Positions 62,575-64,000 of a DNA stretch of 64,000 bases are shown piece after piece. The position numbers and the translations under genes were made by a program. Each line of letters opens with the position of its first letter. The stretch's first letter is position 1. This DNA is from Squalus acanthias (lineage: Eukaryota), in NCBI GenBank assembly GCA_030390025.1, contig CM059432.1, positions 127,846,001 through 127,910,000 on the forward strand, read 5' to 3'. The notes beneath the pieces are model-generated. The model was given only the letters and a program-made list of their open reading frames with translations, did no database searches and was not told where the DNA came from.

Positions 62575-64000
62575 CTCCTCTTTTTAGGCAGTCCCTCGGA
62601 ACCGAGGATGACTTGCTTCCACACTAAAAATGAGTTCTCAGGTGACTGATGAGTCCAATGCGGAACCTACAGTCTCTCACAGGTGGGGCAGACGGTGGTT
62701 GAAGGGGCGGGTGGGTGGGGTGCTTGGGTTGACGTGCGCTCCTTCCGCTGTTTGTGCTTGGCTTCCGCTTGCTCCCGGCGAAGAGACTCGAGGTGTTCGG
62801 CGCCTTCCCAGATGCTTCTCCTCCACTTTGTGCGGTCTTGGGGGTGTCGGTGGGGATATTGCATTTTTTTCAAGGAGGATTTGAGGGTGTCCTTGAAGCG
62901 TTTCCTCTGCCCACCTGGGACTCTCTTGCTGTGTTGGAGCTCCGAGTAGAGCGCTTGTTTTGGGAGTCTCGTATCGAGCATGCGGACGATGTGGCCCGTC
63001 CATTGGAGCTGATCGAGCGTGGTCAAAGCTTCGATGTTGGCCTGAGCGTGAAAACTGACATTGGTGCGCCTATCCTGCCAATGGATTTGCAGGATCTTGT
63101 GGAGGCAGCGTTGGTACCTCTCCAGTGCTTTGAGGTGCCTGCTGTACATGGTCCATGTCTCTGAAGCATACAGGAGGGCGGGTATCACTCCTGCTCTGTA
63201 GACCATGAGCTTGGTGCTGGGTTTGAGGTCCTGGTCTTCAAACACTCTCTTCCTCAGGCGACCGAAGGCTGCACTGGCACACTGAAGGCGGTGTTGGACT
63301 TCATCGACGTCTGCCCTTGTTGACAGTAGGCTCCCGAGGTATGGAAAATGGTCCATGTTGTCCAAGGCCTCATCATGGATTTTGATAATCTGGGAGCAGT
63401 ACTGTGGCGGGGGCAGGTTGATAGAGGACCTTTGTCTTACAAATGTTTAGTGTAAGGCCCATGCTCTCGTACGCTTCGGTAAAGGTGTTGACGATGGTTT
63501 GGAGTTCGGCCTCAGAGTGTATGCAGACGCAAGCGTCGTCTGCATACTGTAATTCGATGACAGAGGATGGGACGACCTTGGATCTGGACTGGAGGCGGCG
63601 GAGGTTGAACAGTTTCCCGTTTGTCCTGTAGATTAGCTCCATTCCAGCAGGGAGCTTACTGAGGGTGAGATGGAGCATTGCAGCCAGGAAGATCGAGAAG
63701 AGCGTTGGTGCGATGACCTAGCCTTGGTCCGTACGTGAATTGGGTCTGTGGTGGATCCGTTGGTCAGGATCACTGCTTGCATGTTGTCGTGAAGCAGGCG
63801 GAGAATGGTGACAAACTTTTGACGGCAGCCGAATTTGAGGAGGACACTCCATAATCTCTCTCGGTTGATGGTGTCGAAGGCCTTTGTAAGGTCAAAGATG
63901 GCCATGTACAGCGCTTGGTGGTGTTCCCTGCATTTCTCTTGTAGTTGACGCGCGGTGAAGATCATGTCCATTGTGCCCCTTAGTGGGCGGAATCCGCATT
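62575..64000 (-). mobile_element. RTE-clade LINE 3' part, frameshifted, runs off the window end
   Basis: DMIFTARQLQEKCREH, FDLTKAFDTINRE, LQYADD, FPYLGS, LLYASETWT, RLPKQALYSEL, GGQRKRFKDTLK. Confidence 0.92.

Overview
Repeat-rich vertebrate genomic DNA, most likely from a shark or other cartilaginous fish (inferred from the SINE, CR1 and Penelope family types; not verified by search). The only host gene visible is the 5' part of ASAP1 on the + strand. It has an exon encoding MRSSTSRISTFSSRDSLWNR (29614-29696), spliced in frame to the MPDQISVSEF...LLEE exon (43675-43801), which sits in a CpG island that looks like a second promoter. The rest is layered mobile DNA. (1) An apparently intact autonomous PIF/Harbinger transposon (5560-9652) has 12-bp TIRs, an ATA TSD, a 3-exon Myb/SANT gene and a convergent DDE transposase. 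A sister non-autonomous element (9664-10462) lies next to it. The two sit in consecutive units of the (CATAGAGT)n tail of one truncated CR1 LINE, which itself splits an older decayed Harbinger. (2) Penelope-like element ends carry minimal hammerhead ribozymes with compensatory stem changes; two of these insertions are fold-back palindromes with 12-bp TSDs. (3) There is a ~300-bp-arm inverted duplication at 17939-18576. (4) Also present are many CR1, L2-like and RTE LINE fragments, Deu-domain SINEs, MITEs, a solo LTR and a DIRS-like remnant. All calls were made by eye, and boundaries of old repeats are approximate.
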